A DNA stretch of 64,000 nt from Hormiphora californensis (Eukaryota > Animalia > Ctenophora), in assembly GCA_020137815.1 (NCBI GenBank), contig CM035362.1:4836001-4900000 (forward strand). The letters run 5' to 3'. Of this stretch, positions 62,624 through 64,000 are shown in pieces (the first letter of the stretch is position 1; the number at the start of each line of letters is the position of its first letter). The position numbers and the translations under genes were made by a program. The notes under the pieces were generated by a model. The model was not told where the DNA came from. It saw nothing but the letters and a program-made list of their open reading frames with translations, and made no database searches.

Positions 62624-64000
62624 ATCTTCATCTTTCTCTCTTCATCTCTGCAGTTCCGTGATCGTCGGAGCGTACTGTTTTGTTGCGAGACAGGTTTGAA
62701 AATTATAGTACACGGAAGAGAAACCGAGAGAAACCGAGAGTGAAAAGATAAAGATGGTGTCGTGAGAGAGATAGAGATGGTGTGAGAGAGATAGAGAGAT
62801 AGAAAGATAGAAAGATAGAGAGATAGAAAAATAAATATTCACAACACAACAACTCTCTCCCACGCGATCTTGATAAACTATTACACAGTGTAATACAGGA
62901 AACTATAATTGAAGAGAGAAAGAGAAAGAGAGAGTGGGAGAGAGAGAGAGAGAGGTGGGCGCATGGTGGGAATTAGTGGTTGATTGGTCTGTGATTGAGA
63001 TGGGGAGAGATGCTTGAGCTAGTTTCACCGGCTGTGAATTGTGGCAACACCCTTCACCATAAGGCATAAATCTAACTATAATAAATAATTACAATTAATT
63101 ACAATATAAATCTAACTATGATTACACCAACATGATTATTGTTTGTGACTTTCCCATGGGAAGAGATGCAGTCATTAGGACTAGCTGAGGGATGGAAACC
63201 TAGCCTGTTAGGATCGAGTGGGTTGTTGAGGCGTGCAGATCAAGGCTCATGTGGAGGGACTGACCCCTGTGGTGATCTCACGTAGTTCAGAGTTTGGTCA
63301 GGCATAGAAGACTCAGGATGTTACAACGTGTTGGTACTACAATGAAGACTTCAATGAAGACTTCGAAAGATTTGGTAAAGCAGAGCTGGGTTAAAAACTA
63401 AAAGGAATGATTTTGTAAAATGTAAAATACTAAAATGCTGAAAGACCAAGGATGTCCATGGCAGTGAGAAAAATGTATAGTTTGGGATTCGTAATCAGGT
63501 GGGAAATTGAAAGTTAGAGCTCCCACGGATGGTAGAATTAGAAAGTTATGTGCAACAAGACTACGAGAATTTTAACTTAACTGTCAAACAAAGCAGTGGT
63601 AGAGAGAGGAGAGAGAGGAGAGAGAGGCGAGAAGATAGACAGAGAGCGCGAGAAGAGAGAGCGCTCGCGAGAAGAAGAAAGTTGTGTGGAGAGTGAGTTA
63701 AGGTTTAGAAGACAAATAAGGCATTGCCTGGCGTTTGGTTTCCAGCAGTAGTCTAGTAAGTGACGAAAACATAGTTTAACTACGACAGGTACTCCCTATT
63801 TGTGAGTCCAGATAGAGCACCGAAAAAAACTCCCAAAACGGGCTCTCAAATGGTGGTGCAGGTGGTAAACCCGAAGACGGCAGAGGTTACAACAGCGGTT
63901 CCGGTCCAGATGATGCTGGTCCAACAAGATCAGGTGGTGGATTCGTCGAACGAGTTGGAGTTGAAAATGTTGTCACCGAAGAAATTATAATTTCTGGAGG

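Noticed and set aside
63802-63990. Short ORF at the window end
   Set aside because: Could be the start of a divergent gene, but there is no homology or splice support within the window.

Overview
Eukaryotic, intron-rich animal DNA. It is probably a ctenophore of the Pleurobrachia type; this is an inference from the repeat families, a WxPxxxxxxIxWDLExxPLQ domain and an LDLa-7TM receptor. Genes: (1) a + strand matrin/U1-type zinc-finger gene (<1-14449) whose second visible intron holds two very large, paralogous, phase-0 alternative terminal exons; (2) a small secreted-protein gene; (3) PSMD1/Rpn2 (- strand, 22249-42987) with an intronless LDLa-GPCR nested antisense in one intron; (4) a 5'-truncated RTE-type LINE; (5) a TRPM2-like channel (- strand, 47931-~62221) with a NUDT9-homology domain whose Nudix box is degenerate. 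Many non-autonomous DNA transposons are present: a 109-bp hAT-type MITE in ~19 copies, two 1.6-1.8 kb Chapaev-like foldbacks, and Kolobok-, Tc1/mariner- and MULE-like MITEs. Most unusual: a 1855-bp TIR element inside a coding exon that carries in-frame GT/AG sites in its own termini (introner-like); two diverged copies of an unknown ~850-bp intron-containing mini-gene ending in a highly conserved structured RNA; minisatellites built from real splice acceptors in two genes; and MITE insertions whose TSD is exactly the first 8 nt of the intron. Scattered 1-nt frameshifts in conserved genes suggest assembly indel errors.
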